The notes: a model not told the origin generated them from the sequence alone. A stretch of 64,000 nucleotides of DNA from an uncultured bacterium (GCA_964554125.1 CAZKNG010000002.1:3785-67784); one strand, 5' to 3'. Positions 28,789-38,916 are shown, numbered from the stretch's first letter. Made by a program: numbers and translations.

Positions 28789-30555
28789 TTGGCTTCTATT
28801 AAAACTTTATCAGAAGAAACCGCCGGGAAGATAGCAGCAGGCGAAATCATAGAAAGACCTAAAAATATTGTCAAGGAACTGGTAGAAAATTCTCTGGATG
28901 CCGGCGCGACAAAGATTTCTATAACTGTCAAGAATGGGGGTAAATCGTATATCAGAGTAGAGGACAATGGTATTGGTATCCCTCAGGGAGAAATTGCTCT
29001 GGCAACAGATAATTACTCGACAAGTAAAATTTCCAGTTTTAACGATATAGATAATATTAAAACTCTTGGATTCAGGGGGGAAGCCTTAGCAAGCATAAAA
29101 TCTGTCAGCCGTCTTACTATAGTGTCAAAGTCAGGCAGTGATGATGTAGGCACAAAGATGGTCTGGGAGGGTAATAAACCCCTGGAGAAAAGCCCCGTAC
29201 CAAGAAAAGAGGGAACTACTGTTACCTCTGAGCAGCTTTTCTTCAACCTGCCGGCGAGAATGAAATTTTTATCAAGTGATTCCGCCGAACTCAGGCAAAT
29301 TACAGCCCTCGTTGAGAAGTTCAGTATTTCTTTCCCTCAAATCGGCTTCATTATGAATGGAAATGGCAGGGAAATATTTTCTTATAACCCAGCTGAGCTT
29401 AAAGACAGAATAGAGGACGTTTTTGGGAGCGCCATATTCCGGGATTTAAAATATTTCGATTCTGAAAGTGGAAGGCTCAGACTCTTCGGTTATACTTCTT
29501 CCGCTGAATTAACAAGAGGAAACAGAACACTGCAGCATTTTTTCGTTAACCACAGATATGTCTCAAGCAAAGTTATGGGATACGCCTTAAAGCGCGCTTA
29601 TGAATCTGTTATACCCTACAATCGTTTCCCCGTAGCCGTTCTATTTCTTGAAATCCCACCTGATATGATAGATGTTAATGTACATCCCACAAAATCAGAA
29701 GTCAGATTCAAAAACGATAGAGAGATTCACAGTCTCGTATTCTCTTCTATACGGAATATCGTAAAAGGGGAAAAAGCAATTTCATTCCAGAACAAGGTAG
29801 AATCTGTATACAGAAGTATATTTCCCGCCGAGAATGAGTCAAAAAATATCAGAGAGACGGGGAGAGAACAATCATCCTCTGTTACAAATATAGACTATTA
29901 TAAGGCAAGCAAATCTGAAAGTGATATGAACGGTGGTGTTTTACGAGAATCTCCTGAATCTCTATTTGAAAAAGGCAAAGATAAAACCCCCTTCGAATCA
30001 ACAAAATTATACTGGCAGCTTCATGACAGTTATATACTGATTCAGATCAGAGGAGGAATGGTTATAATCGATCAACACGCTGCTCATGAAAGAATTCTTT
30101 ATAACCAGGCAAAAAAGAACTTAGCGGGCGAAACTCCAGCTATTCAATCATTGCTTTTCCCTGCCACCATTGAACTGACTCCAGGGGAATATAAGAAGTT
30201 CGAAGACTACTGGGAAATACTTCCCCGTATCGGATTTGAAGTGGAACCGTTTGGTATGAGGACAATTGTTGTCAGGGGTATCCCCGCCGGAGTTAAAAAC
30301 TGGAATGAGGGACTGCTTCTGCGTGATATACTCGGTGAAATAGGGAGGGATAAAACGGAGTTTGAAGAAATGCTGAAGCGTTTCGCGTGCCATTCCGCCA
30401 TAAGATTCGGCCATAAACTTACAAGAGATGAGATGGAAAACCTGGTTGATCAGCTTTTCGCCACAGATTTTCCCTTTACTTGCCCTCATGGACGCCCGAC
30501 GATACTCCGGGTGAATCTCTCTGATCTGGAAAAGCGTTTTAACCGATCAGTTTAA
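28789..30555 (+). CDS. mutL: DNA mismatch repair protein MutL (TTG start, AAGAGG SD)
   Basis: IAAGEIIERPKNIVKELVENSLDAGATKISI GHKL ATPase N-terminus; C-terminal dimerisation domain; 588 aa. Confidence 0.9.
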   Translation: MASIKTLSEETAGKIAAGEIIERPKNIVKELVENSLDAGATKISITVKNGGKSYIRVEDNGIGIPQGEIALATDNYSTSKISSFNDIDNIKTLGFRGEALASIKSVSRLTIVSKSGSDDVGTKMVWEGNKPLEKSPVPRKEGTTVTSEQLFFNLPARMKFLSSDSAELRQITALVEKFSISFPQIGFIMNGNGREIFSYNPAELKDRIEDVFGSAIFRDLKYFDSESGRLRLFGYTSSAELTRGNRTLQHFFVNHRYVSSKVMGYALKRAYESVIPYNRFPVAVLFLEIPPDMIDVNVHPTKSEVRFKNDREIHSLVFSSIRNIVKGEKAISFQNKVESVYRSIFPAENESKNIRETGREQSSSVTNIDYYKASKSESDMNGGVLRESPESLFEKGKDKTPFESTKLYWQLHDSYILIQIRGGMVIIDQHAAHERILYNQAKKNLAGETPAIQSLLFPATIELTPGEYKKFEDYWEILPRIGFEVEPFGMRTIVVRGIPAGVKNWNEGLLLRDILGEIGRDKTEFEEMLKRFACHSAIRFGHKLTRDEMENLVDQLFATDFPFTCPHGRPTILRVNLSDLEKRFNRSV

Positions 30556-30566
30556 ACGGAGTAAAA

Positions 30567-31481
30567 ATGAAAGCAATTATCATTATGGGACCCACCGGGA
30601 TAGGTAAGAGTGACCTGGCAATCAGACTTGCCTTTAAGTTGAAAGGGGAAATAGTCTGTATCGATTCAAAAACAATATACAGGGGGATCAATATAGGAAC
30701 ATCCAAACCAACAGAATCAGATCGTAATAAGGTGCCTCACCATATGCTTGACATTCTTGATCTTGACGAAAATGCTAACGCAGCCTGGTTCTCCAAAAAA
30801 GCGAGAAAAATAACTGAAGATATTTTTTCCAGGGGAAAAACACCTCTCCTGGTGGGAGGTTCGGGATTATATTTTAAGAGCATTCTCCGCGGCCTGTTCG
30901 ATATCAATCTTTCGGAGGATGAGCGAAAGGTGTTCTCTGAAAGCATAACTCATGTGGAAACCCCTGAACTCTATAAAAGGCTTCTGAAGTGTGATGAAGA
31001 AAGTGCGGAAAGAATTCACCCTAATGACCGTTACAGAATATCCAGAGCACTTGAAGTACACTCGCTCTCGGGTATACCCTTAAGTGAACATATCAGAAAA
31101 CAGGATAACTCTGACCTATTCAACCTGCAATCTGTTAAAATAGGCCTTAATACCGAAAGACCCCTTCTTCATCAGAGAATAAACAACAGAGTTGAAGAAA
31201 TGCTAAGAGATGGATGGATCGATGAAGTTAAAAACCTTCTTTCGGCGGGAGTAAAACCTCAGTGGCCGGGTATGCAGACTCTTGGATATCCCGAAGTGAT
31301 ATCCTATTTGCGCAATAGAACTGATTATAATGAGATGAAGGAAAAAATATCAGCGCGTACGAGGCAATACGCTAAAAGTCAGATAACCTGGTTTAAAAAG
31401 GAAGAAAAAATCACCTGGATTAACACTTCAAAGAACGATCCCTATATTGCTGCTCTCAAGGTGCTTGACAGGGAGTTCTGA
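30567..31481 (+). CDS. miaA: tRNA dimethylallyltransferase MiaA
   Basis: IIIMGPTGIGKSDLAIRLA P-loop, IVCIDSKTIYRGINIGTSKP; conserved mutL-miaA linkage. Confidence 0.9.
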   Translation: MKAIIIMGPTGIGKSDLAIRLAFKLKGEIVCIDSKTIYRGINIGTSKPTESDRNKVPHHMLDILDLDENANAAWFSKKARKITEDIFSRGKTPLLVGGSGLYFKSILRGLFDINLSEDERKVFSESITHVETPELYKRLLKCDEESAERIHPNDRYRISRALEVHSLSGIPLSEHIRKQDNSDLFNLQSVKIGLNTERPLLHQRINNRVEEMLRDGWIDEVKNLLSAGVKPQWPGMQTLGYPEVISYLRNRTDYNEMKEKISARTRQYAKSQITWFKKEEKITWINTSKNDPYIAALKVLDREF

Positions 31482-31502
31482 AATTGATATTTTCATTCTT
31501 AC

Positions 31503-31575
31503 GCGGGCGTAACTCAGTTGGTAGAGTATCAGCTTCCCAAGCTGAAGGTCGCGGGTTCAAATCCCGTTGCCCGCT
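31503..31575 (+). tRNA. tRNA-Trp (anticodon CCA)
   Basis: Manual cloverleaf: acceptor GCGGGCG/TGCCCGC, D-arm AGTTGGTAGAGT, anticodon stem CAGCT/AGCTG with loop TCCCAAG, T-arm GCGGGTTCAAATCCCGT; followed by T-rich tract. Confidence 0.85.
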
Positions 31576-31656
31576 TTTTCTTTTTTTGTTCATCATAATA
31601 TCTGGTGTCTGGTGAGAAATAGCTCTGGTCTTATATGTTAAGATAGAAGAAACAAT

Positions 31657-32949
31657 ATGGGAGCACGAATAAAAAAAGTATTGAATGAAACAGAAATCTT
31701 TCATCCGGGCGATGAAATAATTAAGATTAATTCCTTCCCGGTTGAAGATCAACTTGACATAATATTTCATATGGATGAGATCGGTGAAATAGATCTTGTT
31801 ATAAGGAAAAATGACGGGCGCATCATAAAGGAAACTATAGAAAGTTCCAATTTAAGTAAAATCGGAGTAATCTTCGAAGAAATGAAATTTATTAAATGCC
31901 GTAGTAATTGCGTCTTCTGTTTTGTAGATCAAATGCCTGAGGGGTTGAGGGGTACACTTTACAAAAAGGATGACGATTACAGATTGAGTTTTCTTTACGG
32001 CAATTATGTTACCTTGAATGATATAAAAAGGGAAGAGATTGAAAGAATAATTGAATATCATCTTTCACCCATCTATGTTTCTGTCCATTCTGTAAATAAA
32101 CGTATTCGTGAATATCTATTTGGACGCACAATACCTAATAATATTCTGAAATTATTAGAAGATTTAGCTGATGGAGGTATTACTATACACGCCCAAATAG
32201 TGGTAATTCCGGGGATAAACGACGGGGAGGTGCTTGAAGAAAGCATAGATAAACTCTCTGACCTTTATCCGGCGTGCAAATCTGTAGCTGTCGTTCCCAT
32301 TGGACTTACGGCGCACAGAAGAAAACTTCCGGATCTTAAAGGTTTTGATAAAGATAATGCTTTGAAACTTGTTGATTGGGCTGAAAATAAAGACAGACAG
32401 CTTACGGGATGGCCCAAAACTAATCAAAGATTTTTCTATCTCTCGGACGAATTCTTTTTTCTCGCAGGGAAAAAGATTCCTGACAGTAATTATTACGGAG
32501 ATTTTGATCAATCGGAAAACGGCGTAGGAATGTCAAGGCTATTCATAGAGGAGATAAAAAATGAAATCAAGAACTTAAGACGGCAAACTGATATAGCTTC
32601 CGAATTCACCGTTGTTACCGGTAAACTGGGTTATAATCTGATCAGTGAATATCTGATACCAATTATTAAAAAGGATCTAACTGGACTTAAAATTAATCTT
32701 ATATATGTACCAAACAAACTATTTGGAGACTCTGTTACAGTATCCGGCCTTCTTTCCGGAAGGGATATTATAGAAGAGATCAATAAATTCGAAAATATCT
32801 CCGGCCCCATTGTCTTGCCGCCTAACTCTTTTAATAATGAGGGGTTATTAATTGACAATTATTCAATATCTGACCTCCGCAATGAATTGAAGAAAGAGAT
32901 AATTGTTCCGGAAAGCAATTTCCTGGAAAATAGTATAGTTAAAGCATAA
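31657..32949 (+). CDS. Radical SAM protein of the PDZ-radical SAM-DUF512 family (function unknown)
   Basis: N-terminal PDZ-like segment (GDEIIKINSFPVED), CxxxCxxC radical-SAM motif CRSNCVFCF, long C-terminal domain consistent with DUF512 architecture. Confidence 0.6.
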   Translation: MGARIKKVLNETEIFHPGDEIIKINSFPVEDQLDIIFHMDEIGEIDLVIRKNDGRIIKETIESSNLSKIGVIFEEMKFIKCRSNCVFCFVDQMPEGLRGTLYKKDDDYRLSFLYGNYVTLNDIKREEIERIIEYHLSPIYVSVHSVNKRIREYLFGRTIPNNILKLLEDLADGGITIHAQIVVIPGINDGEVLEESIDKLSDLYPACKSVAVVPIGLTAHRRKLPDLKGFDKDNALKLVDWAENKDRQLTGWPKTNQRFFYLSDEFFFLAGKKIPDSNYYGDFDQSENGVGMSRLFIEEIKNEIKNLRRQTDIASEFTVVTGKLGYNLISEYLIPIIKKDLTGLKINLIYVPNKLFGDSVTVSGLLSGRDIIEEINKFENISGPIVLPPNSFNNEGLLIDNYSISDLRNELKKEIIVPESNFLENSIVKA

Positions 32950-32962
32950 AAAAGGAAGAAGC

Positions 32963-34288
32963 ATGAAGCAACTCAGCAGTGTTGCCATAATAGGAAAACC
33001 AAATTCCGGGAAATCAACGCTTTTTAACAGAATAGTAGGCGGAAGGAAAGCGATAACACATGCGGCCCCCGGGGTAACAAGAGACACTATGAGAGAGAAG
33101 ACCAGCTGGAACGGAAAAGAATTTACCGTTGTTGACACCGGGGGATTCGACTCAGAAGGTGACGATGCTTTACAGCATGAAATAAGAAAAAGGATTGTAA
33201 GTTCAGCTGTCAGCGCCGAGGTTATAATATTTCTTGCGGATCTGAAAACGGGCCCAACCTCGGAAGATATGCTGCTTCTTAAATCTATAAGGAAACTGCG
33301 AAATAAGATTATATGTGTCGTAAACAAGGTTGAAAGCACAAATGATGAAATTGAATCAAACGATTTCTATTCACTCGGTTTCAGTAGACTTTTTACAATA
33401 AGTGCTCTCCACGGCAGGGGAATAGGAGACATGCTCGATGAAGTAGTATCAAGATTACAGCCTGAAGATACTTTTCATTCAGTTGATGATGATATCATCA
33501 AGATCGATTTGATTGGCAAGCCGAACGTGGGTAAAAGTTCTATAGTAAACAAACTGATAGGAAAGGAAGAAAATATTGTATCTGAAGAACAGGGGACGAC
33601 AAGGGATACTATAAATCTCCGCTTTAAGTATTACGGCAAAGATGTTGTCGTAACTGATACTGCCGGGATAAGGAGAAAATCAAGAAAGAGCAGAGGACTG
33701 GAAGGTCTTACGAGTCTGAAAAGTGAAAGAAGTGTGGGAAATGCCGATATCGTACTTGCAGTCATTGACGTTTCTAATAACAGGATAACAAAACAGGATA
33801 TAAAAGTAATTTCAATAGCGCATAAAGCTAGAAAAGGAATTATAATTCTACTGAATAAATGGGATCTTGTTGATAAGACAGATCTTGATTACCAGACCTT
33901 CAAGAAAGTTATTCACAAATCTATTCCATTTGTAGAATACGCGCCTATCATTACAGTTTCGGCAAAGACGGGAACGAGGATAGGAGCTATTCTACCAAAA
34001 TGTTTTGAGATTCAAGGGGAGAGAATAAAAAAGATACCCACACCAGAATTTAATAAATTCTTAAATAAAGTTACATCGATAAATCCGCCCGGCTATTACA
34101 AAGGAGGAATTGGAAAAATATTCTACGGCACTCAAACTGACATCAAACCGCCTACCTTCACCCTTTTTGTAAACAATCCTTCCTATTTCCCTCGATCTTA
34201 TAGACGTTATATAAACAATCAGTTAAGAAAAGTGTTTACCTTTGAGGGCACAGCTGTTAGAATTCGATTCAGATCAAGGGAGCACTAG
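32963..34288 (+). CDS. der: Ribosome-biogenesis GTPase Der (EngA), tandem GTPase domains + KH-like domain
   Basis: Two G-domains: VAIIGKPNSGKSTLFNR...DTGG and IDLIGKPNVGKSSIVNKL...DTAG; NKWD/NKVE G4 motifs; AAGGAAG SD. Confidence 0.95.
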   Translation: MKQLSSVAIIGKPNSGKSTLFNRIVGGRKAITHAAPGVTRDTMREKTSWNGKEFTVVDTGGFDSEGDDALQHEIRKRIVSSAVSAEVIIFLADLKTGPTSEDMLLLKSIRKLRNKIICVVNKVESTNDEIESNDFYSLGFSRLFTISALHGRGIGDMLDEVVSRLQPEDTFHSVDDDIIKIDLIGKPNVGKSSIVNKLIGKEENIVSEEQGTTRDTINLRFKYYGKDVVVTDTAGIRRKSRKSRGLEGLTSLKSERSVGNADIVLAVIDVSNNRITKQDIKVISIAHKARKGIIILLNKWDLVDKTDLDYQTFKKVIHKSIPFVEYAPIITVSAKTGTRIGAILPKCFEIQGERIKKIPTPEFNKFLNKVTSINPPGYYKGGIGKIFYGTQTDIKPPTFTLFVNNPSYFPRSYRRYINNQLRKVFTFEGTAVRIRFRSREH

Positions 34289-34289
34289 G

Positions 34290-34904
34290 ATGGAATTATT
34301 AGTAAATATTTTATTAGTTTCTGCTTCTGGTTACTTACTGGGGTCCATACCTACAAGCTTTATACTCGGAAAAGTATTGAAAGGTGTTGACCTTAGGGAA
34401 TTCGGCAGCGGTAATCTCGGAGCCGCAAATACATTCAGAGTACTGGGTGCTAAAGCGGCTGTGCCTGTTCTGATAATCGATATAGGAAAAGGTTTTTTAG
34501 CCGTTAAAGCTGTTTCTTTATTTGGTATTGACAACAGTACATTGATTGCTTTAGCAGCATTTCTTGCTGTCCTCGGCCATAATTATTCTATATTTGTCAG
34601 ATTTTCAGGAGGTAAGGGGGTCGGCACCACAACAGGTGTTTTTCTTGCGATTGCACCTGTCGCTGTCGCTATATGTCTTATTGTCTGGCTCGTAATTCTT
34701 CTTTTAACAAGAATTGTGTCACTTGCAAGTATGTCAGCCGCAGTATTTTTACCTGTTTCACTGATATTAATGCGTTTCCTCTTCGGTTATAAAACAGGTA
34801 TGGTGATAATTGCTCTTTCGGTAATTGTTGCAATAGCAGTAATATACAAACATAGATCTAATATAAAAAGACTCAAACTGGGTACTGAAAAAAGGATATT
34901 TTAA
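34290..34904 (+). CDS. plsY: Glycerol-3-phosphate acyltransferase PlsY
   Basis: SGYLLGSIPTSFILGKVLKGVDLREFGSGNLGAANTFRVLG matches the PlsY signature; start at MELLVN with AGGA SD. Confidence 0.9.
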   Translation: MELLVNILLVSASGYLLGSIPTSFILGKVLKGVDLREFGSGNLGAANTFRVLGAKAAVPVLIIDIGKGFLAVKAVSLFGIDNSTLIALAAFLAVLGHNYSIFVRFSGGKGVGTTTGVFLAIAPVAVAICLIVWLVILLLTRIVSLASMSAAVFLPVSLILMRFLFGYKTGMVIIALSVIVAIAVIYKHRSNIKRLKLGTEKRIF

Positions 34905-35942
34905 ATGAATAGTACAAAAAGTAAAAAAAGAAGGAAAGAACAGATTACCGTATTAGGTTCTGGAAGTTGGGGAACTACCATAGCTATACTACTAAATGAA
35001 AATGGTCATGATGTAATTCTATGGGAAAAATTCCCGGAACTCTCGGAAGCAATAAAACGGGACCATGAAAACAAACGTTTTCTACCAGGAATTTCCATAC
35101 CCTGGTCAATTAAGATAACATCGGATCTGAACGAGTCCCTTGAGGATTCAAAATATATTGTATTTGTTACACCCAGTCATACTATAAGAAATGTAGCCCG
35201 CCTGACAGCTTCTCAGCAGAACTTTGATAAGAATTCTATCATAATTGACGCAGCCAAAGGACTCGAGAATAAAACCCTTTGCCGCATGAGCACCGTTCTC
35301 AGTCAGGAACTTCCTCAGAGTAAGAAGCTGATAAATTGCCTTCTTGGACCAAGCCATGCTGAAGAAGTAAGCAGAAAAATGCCTACTTCTGTAGTGGCGG
35401 CCGGAATAAATAGATCTGTACTTGAAAAGATACAGAATCTTTTCATGACTGAGAATTTCCGGGTTTACACTAACACTGACATTATAGGCGTTGAACTAGG
35501 CGTAGCTCTCAAGAACACAATAGCTATAGCAGCGGGGATTTGTGACGGACTCGGTTACGGAGATAATACAAAAGCGGCTCTTATAACAAGGGGTCTTGCT
35601 GAGATAAAACGTCTTGCCAAGAAACTCGGCGCCAGGAAAGAGACCTTAAGCGGACTTTCCGGTATTGGAGATTTGATAGCTACCTGCATGAGCAGACACA
35701 GTAGAAATCGGTATGTGGGAGAACAAATAGGCAAAGGCAAGAGTTTAAAAGAGGTTTTGGGTGATATGGTAATGGTAGCAGAAGGTGTCAAAACCACAAA
35801 GGCTGCCGTGAGACTGGGTTCAGCAGAGGGTGTTGAATTGCCAATAGCAGAACAGGTTTACAGTGTTCTATTTCACAGAAAAAATCCCAGAAAAGCTATG
35901 AGAGATCTGATGCTTAGAAAAGCAAAAAAGGAAATGTATTGA
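34905..35942 (+). CDS. gpsA: NAD(P)H-dependent glycerol-3-phosphate dehydrogenase GpsA
   Basis: ITVLGSGSWGTTIAILL Rossmann motif; conserved der-plsY-gpsA arrangement. Confidence 0.9.
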   Translation: MNSTKSKKRRKEQITVLGSGSWGTTIAILLNENGHDVILWEKFPELSEAIKRDHENKRFLPGISIPWSIKITSDLNESLEDSKYIVFVTPSHTIRNVARLTASQQNFDKNSIIIDAAKGLENKTLCRMSTVLSQELPQSKKLINCLLGPSHAEEVSRKMPTSVVAAGINRSVLEKIQNLFMTENFRVYTNTDIIGVELGVALKNTIAIAAGICDGLGYGDNTKAALITRGLAEIKRLAKKLGARKETLSGLSGIGDLIATCMSRHSRNRYVGEQIGKGKSLKEVLGDMVMVAEGVKTTKAAVRLGSAEGVELPIAEQVYSVLFHRKNPRKAMRDLMLRKAKKEMY

Positions 35943-35989
35943 TATAAGAAAAAACCTCGTATAAACAGTATTTACAAGGATAGGCAACT

Positions 35990-36355
35990 ATGACAAAATC
36001 CAATACCAAATTGTACTATTCAATAGGTGAAGTAAGTAACCTTCTCGGTGTTAAGGCACATGTGCTTCGGTATTGGGAATCTCAATTCCCGGTATTAAAA
36101 CCAAGAAGGAGCAAGGCCGGAAACAGAACCTACAGAATCAGAGATATAAAATACCTGCTAAGTATACAGAAACTCCTTCATGAAAACGGTTTCACGATCT
36201 CCGGCGCGAGAAAGAAACTCAAAGATTCAGGTAATAACCCCGATCTTCTTATTGAACAGCTGAATATTCCCTTTTCTGACCCTCAGAATCGAAAGCTTCT
36301 TCTTTCAGTAAAAAAGGAACTCGCCGAACTAAAGAAATTGATAGATGAATTATAA
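35990..36355 (+). CDS. MerR-family transcriptional regulator (short, HTH only)
   Basis: YSIGEVSNLLGVKAHVLRYWESQFPVLKPRRSKAGNRTYRIRDIKYLLSIQKLL MerR-type HTH. Confidence 0.7.
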   Translation: MTKSNTKLYYSIGEVSNLLGVKAHVLRYWESQFPVLKPRRSKAGNRTYRIRDIKYLLSIQKLLHENGFTISGARKKLKDSGNNPDLLIEQLNIPFSDPQNRKLLLSVKKELAELKKLIDEL

Positions 36356-36446
36356 TTTCATTCAAAATAACCGGATTCTTTAACTTACTTGCTATTAGAG
36401 ATTTATCTTGTAATTTTTAACGGCAAAGGTTAAATTGTTTGCATGT

Positions 36447-36523
36447 CGGGGCGTGGCGCAGTCCGGTAGCGCACTTGCATGGGGGGCAAGTGGTCGCTGG
36501 TTCAAATCCAGTCGCCCCGACCA
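36447..36523 (+). tRNA. tRNA-Pro (anticodon GGG), CCA encoded
   Basis: Manual cloverleaf: acceptor CGGGGCG/CGCCCCG, D-stem GCGC, anticodon stem CTTGC/GCAAG loop ATGGGGG, T-arm GCTGG TTCAAAT CCAGT, discriminator A + CCA. Confidence 0.85.
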
Positions 36524-36582
36524 TTTTTAATTCATAACACCGAATAGTTTTTATGTTATAATTCTTTTTTTACAGTACTATT

Positions 36583-37269
36583 ATGGAAAAATGTTATCAG
36601 AATATTGCTGTGGTAATTCCCGCCTATAATGAAAGCAAACATATAACAGCTGTTGTCAAGGAAGTTAAAAACTTTATCAGAGTGGAAAATATCTTTGTTG
36701 TAGATGATGGATCAGATGACGGCACGGGAGGTAAGGCGGCGGGACTTGGAGTTAAAGTAATCAGCCACGAGAAAAATTACGGAAAGGGAAGGGCTTTGAT
36801 TACAGGGCTTAATGAAATCAAGAATTCTCCTGATATTTCAGCCGTAATTACCCTTGATGGAGACGGACAGCATAACCCTTCATATATACCGGAATTTATT
36901 ACAAAGTTTTTCGAAACCGGCGCCGATATAATTATCGGAAACAGAATGAATAAGACTGCCCGGATGCCCGCTATGAGAAGAGTCAGCAATAAGATTACAT
37001 CTCTTATTATAAGCAGGTTAACGGGATTAAAAATCCCCGATAGCCAGTCCGGATACAGACTAATCGGTAGATCAATAATAAGAAATATCTATCTTAAGAG
37101 AACCCATTTTGATACAGAGAGTGAACTGATTCTGAAAGCAGCCGGGAATGAAGCAAAAATTGATTTTATTTACATCGATACTATCTATTCGGATGAAAAA
37201 AGCAAGATGAACCCATTTATTGATACCTACAGATTTTTATCTCTGGTTTTCAGGAGTTTTTTCTGGTAG
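36583..37269 (+). CDS. Family 2 glycosyltransferase (dolichyl/polyprenyl-phosphate sugar transferase-like, DPM1/ArnC type)
   Basis: IAVVIPAYNESKHI...VVDDGSDDGTG...DGDGQH (DXD) GT-A signatures; 228 aa soluble. Confidence 0.8.
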   Translation: MEKCYQNIAVVIPAYNESKHITAVVKEVKNFIRVENIFVVDDGSDDGTGGKAAGLGVKVISHEKNYGKGRALITGLNEIKNSPDISAVITLDGDGQHNPSYIPEFITKFFETGADIIIGNRMNKTARMPAMRRVSNKITSLIISRLTGLKIPDSQSGYRLIGRSIIRNIYLKRTHFDTESELILKAAGNEAKIDFIYIDTIYSDEKSKMNPFIDTYRFLSLVFRSFFW

Positions 37270-37354
37270 ATTTCATTTTCTATCCTGATTCTAATAGGAT
37301 AAAGAAATGCAAATAATGCTGAAAAATGAGGTACTGGAAAGTTGACGGTAAGAT

Positions 37355-38119
37355 ATGAAGGATAAGATAAATATCCTGGTTACTAATGATGATGGTATAA
37401 GGGCGTCCGGTCTTAGAGCTCTTGTGGATATTCTGAGTACCATGGGTAATGTTATAGTAATAGCTCCTGAAGTCGAACGCAGCGCTTCAAGTCATTCTAT
37501 AACACTCAATAAACCGTTAAGAGTTCATGAATACGGCAATTCCTGGTTCAGCGTGACGGGCTCCCCCGCTGATTGTGTTATCATGGCTGTATACGGCATT
37601 ATGGACAATAAGCCGGATATAGTTGTCTCCGGGATTAACCATGGTCCTAATATGGGAGAAGATGTTATCTATTCAGGTACGGTCGCTGCCGCTATAGAAG
37701 GTTATATTCTGGGAATAAATTCGATAGCTATATCTGTTACTTCCCGAAAGAATCGTGATTTTACAGTCGCGTCGAGCGTTTCCGGAATGCTTGTAAGGAA
37801 GATGATAAAGAAATCTATTGATGATAAACTTCTTCTTAATGTAAATATCCCTTATATCGGAGAAGATAAATTTAAAGGTATAAAAATAACCAGCTTAGGT
37901 TCAAGAGTCTATAATGACATGATAATTACTAAAAAGGATCCGAGGGGTGATAATTACTATTGGATAGGGGGTGGGAAGCCCGGTTGGAGGGATGAGGATA
38001 AAACAGATTTCCAGGCTGTCAAGGCCGGATTCGTTTCTGTCACTCCGATATCACTCTCGATGACGGATAAAGAGAGAATTCCGGAATTGGAAAGTTGGGA
38101 TTGGAGCAACTTGGAATAG
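37355..38119 (+). CDS. surE: 5'/3'-nucleotidase SurE
   Basis: ILVTNDDGIRASGLRAL N-terminal SurE signature, GINHGPN motif. Confidence 0.9.
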   Translation: MKDKINILVTNDDGIRASGLRALVDILSTMGNVIVIAPEVERSASSHSITLNKPLRVHEYGNSWFSVTGSPADCVIMAVYGIMDNKPDIVVSGINHGPNMGEDVIYSGTVAAAIEGYILGINSIAISVTSRKNRDFTVASSVSGMLVRKMIKKSIDDKLLLNVNIPYIGEDKFKGIKITSLGSRVYNDMIITKKDPRGDNYYWIGGGKPGWRDEDKTDFQAVKAGFVSVTPISLSMTDKERIPELESWDWSNLE

Positions 38120-38220
38120 ACTTCATAGAGTAAAAATATTTCAATTATTTTCTGGTACTATGATTGCTTGATTATGAATACAATATAGTTTCCATCTTGA
38201 AAGATATAAGGGAGTAGATA

Positions 38221-38709
38221 TTGAGTGCAGCCTTTCAAGCTTTAGGTAGAATTCCGGCGGAATTTATCGTTTTTTTTATCGCCACACTTCCCGTATCGGA
38301 ACTTCGCGGAGCAATTCCATACGCCCTGGCAATAGGTTTAAGCTGGCAAAAAGCCTACATTATTTCAGTTGCCGGTAATTTTCTTCCCGTTATACCGATA
38401 CTGCTTTTTTTGGGTAGAGTTTCTGAAGCGCTGTCAAATCGCTATAGTTTCTTCGATCGTTTCTTCACCTGGTTATTCGAAAGAACCAGAAGTAAAAGTG
38501 AATTAATAGAAAGGTTTGAAGCTCTTGGGCTGATATTTTTCGTGGCTATACCTCTTCCCGTGACCGGCGCCTGGACGGGTTGCGCGGCAGCTTTTATATT
38601 TAGGATCCCTTTAAGGCACGCTATACCTGCAATAATTGCCGGAATCTTTATATCAGGAACTGTAGTCACATTAGCCAGCCTCGGTGTTATTTCCTTCTGG
38701 GGCATTTAA
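38221..38709 (+). CDS. Small polytopic membrane protein (COG2426 / 'putative small multidrug export' PF06695-like); TTG start with AAGGGAG SD
   Basis: 4-5 TM helices, ..PVSELRGAIPYALA.. motif reminiscent of PF06695; family assignment from memory only. Confidence 0.4.
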   Translation: MSAAFQALGRIPAEFIVFFIATLPVSELRGAIPYALAIGLSWQKAYIISVAGNFLPVIPILLFLGRVSEALSNRYSFFDRFFTWLFERTRSKSELIERFEALGLIFFVAIPLPVTGAWTGCAAAFIFRIPLRHAIPAIIAGIFISGTVVTLASLGVISFWGI

Positions 38710-38738
38710 TTACTAAAGGCTGATTTAAGGCTTTGTCG

Positions 38739-38767
38739 TTGATTCATTCAGGCTGGTGAATTATAAT
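38739..38767 (+). promoter_or_regulatory. Sigma70-like promoter for tRNA-Pro(CGG): TTGATT - 17 nt - TATAAT
   Basis: gtcgTTGATTcattcaggctggtgaatTATAATtag, 21 nt upstream of the tRNA 5' end. Confidence 0.5.
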
Positions 38768-38788
38768 TAGCATGGTAATAATTTTTGT

Positions 38789-38865
38789 CGGGGCGTAGCG
38801 CAGTTCGGTAGCGCGCCTGCTTCGGGAGTAGGAGGTCGCTGGTTCAAATCCAGTCGCCCCGACCA
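38789..38865 (+). tRNA. tRNA-Pro (anticodon CGG), CCA encoded
   Basis: Same acceptor/D/T arms as the 36447 copy; anticodon stem CCTGC/GTAGG, loop TTCGGGA. Confidence 0.85.
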
Positions 38866-38916
38866 TTTTCACTGAAGATAAGATATCAGTTTTATTGATA
38901 AGAAGATATTCCAGAA

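Noticed and set aside
31456-31770. 104-aa minus-strand ORF
   Set aside because: Runs antisense through tRNA-Trp and the start of the radical-SAM gene; no RBS
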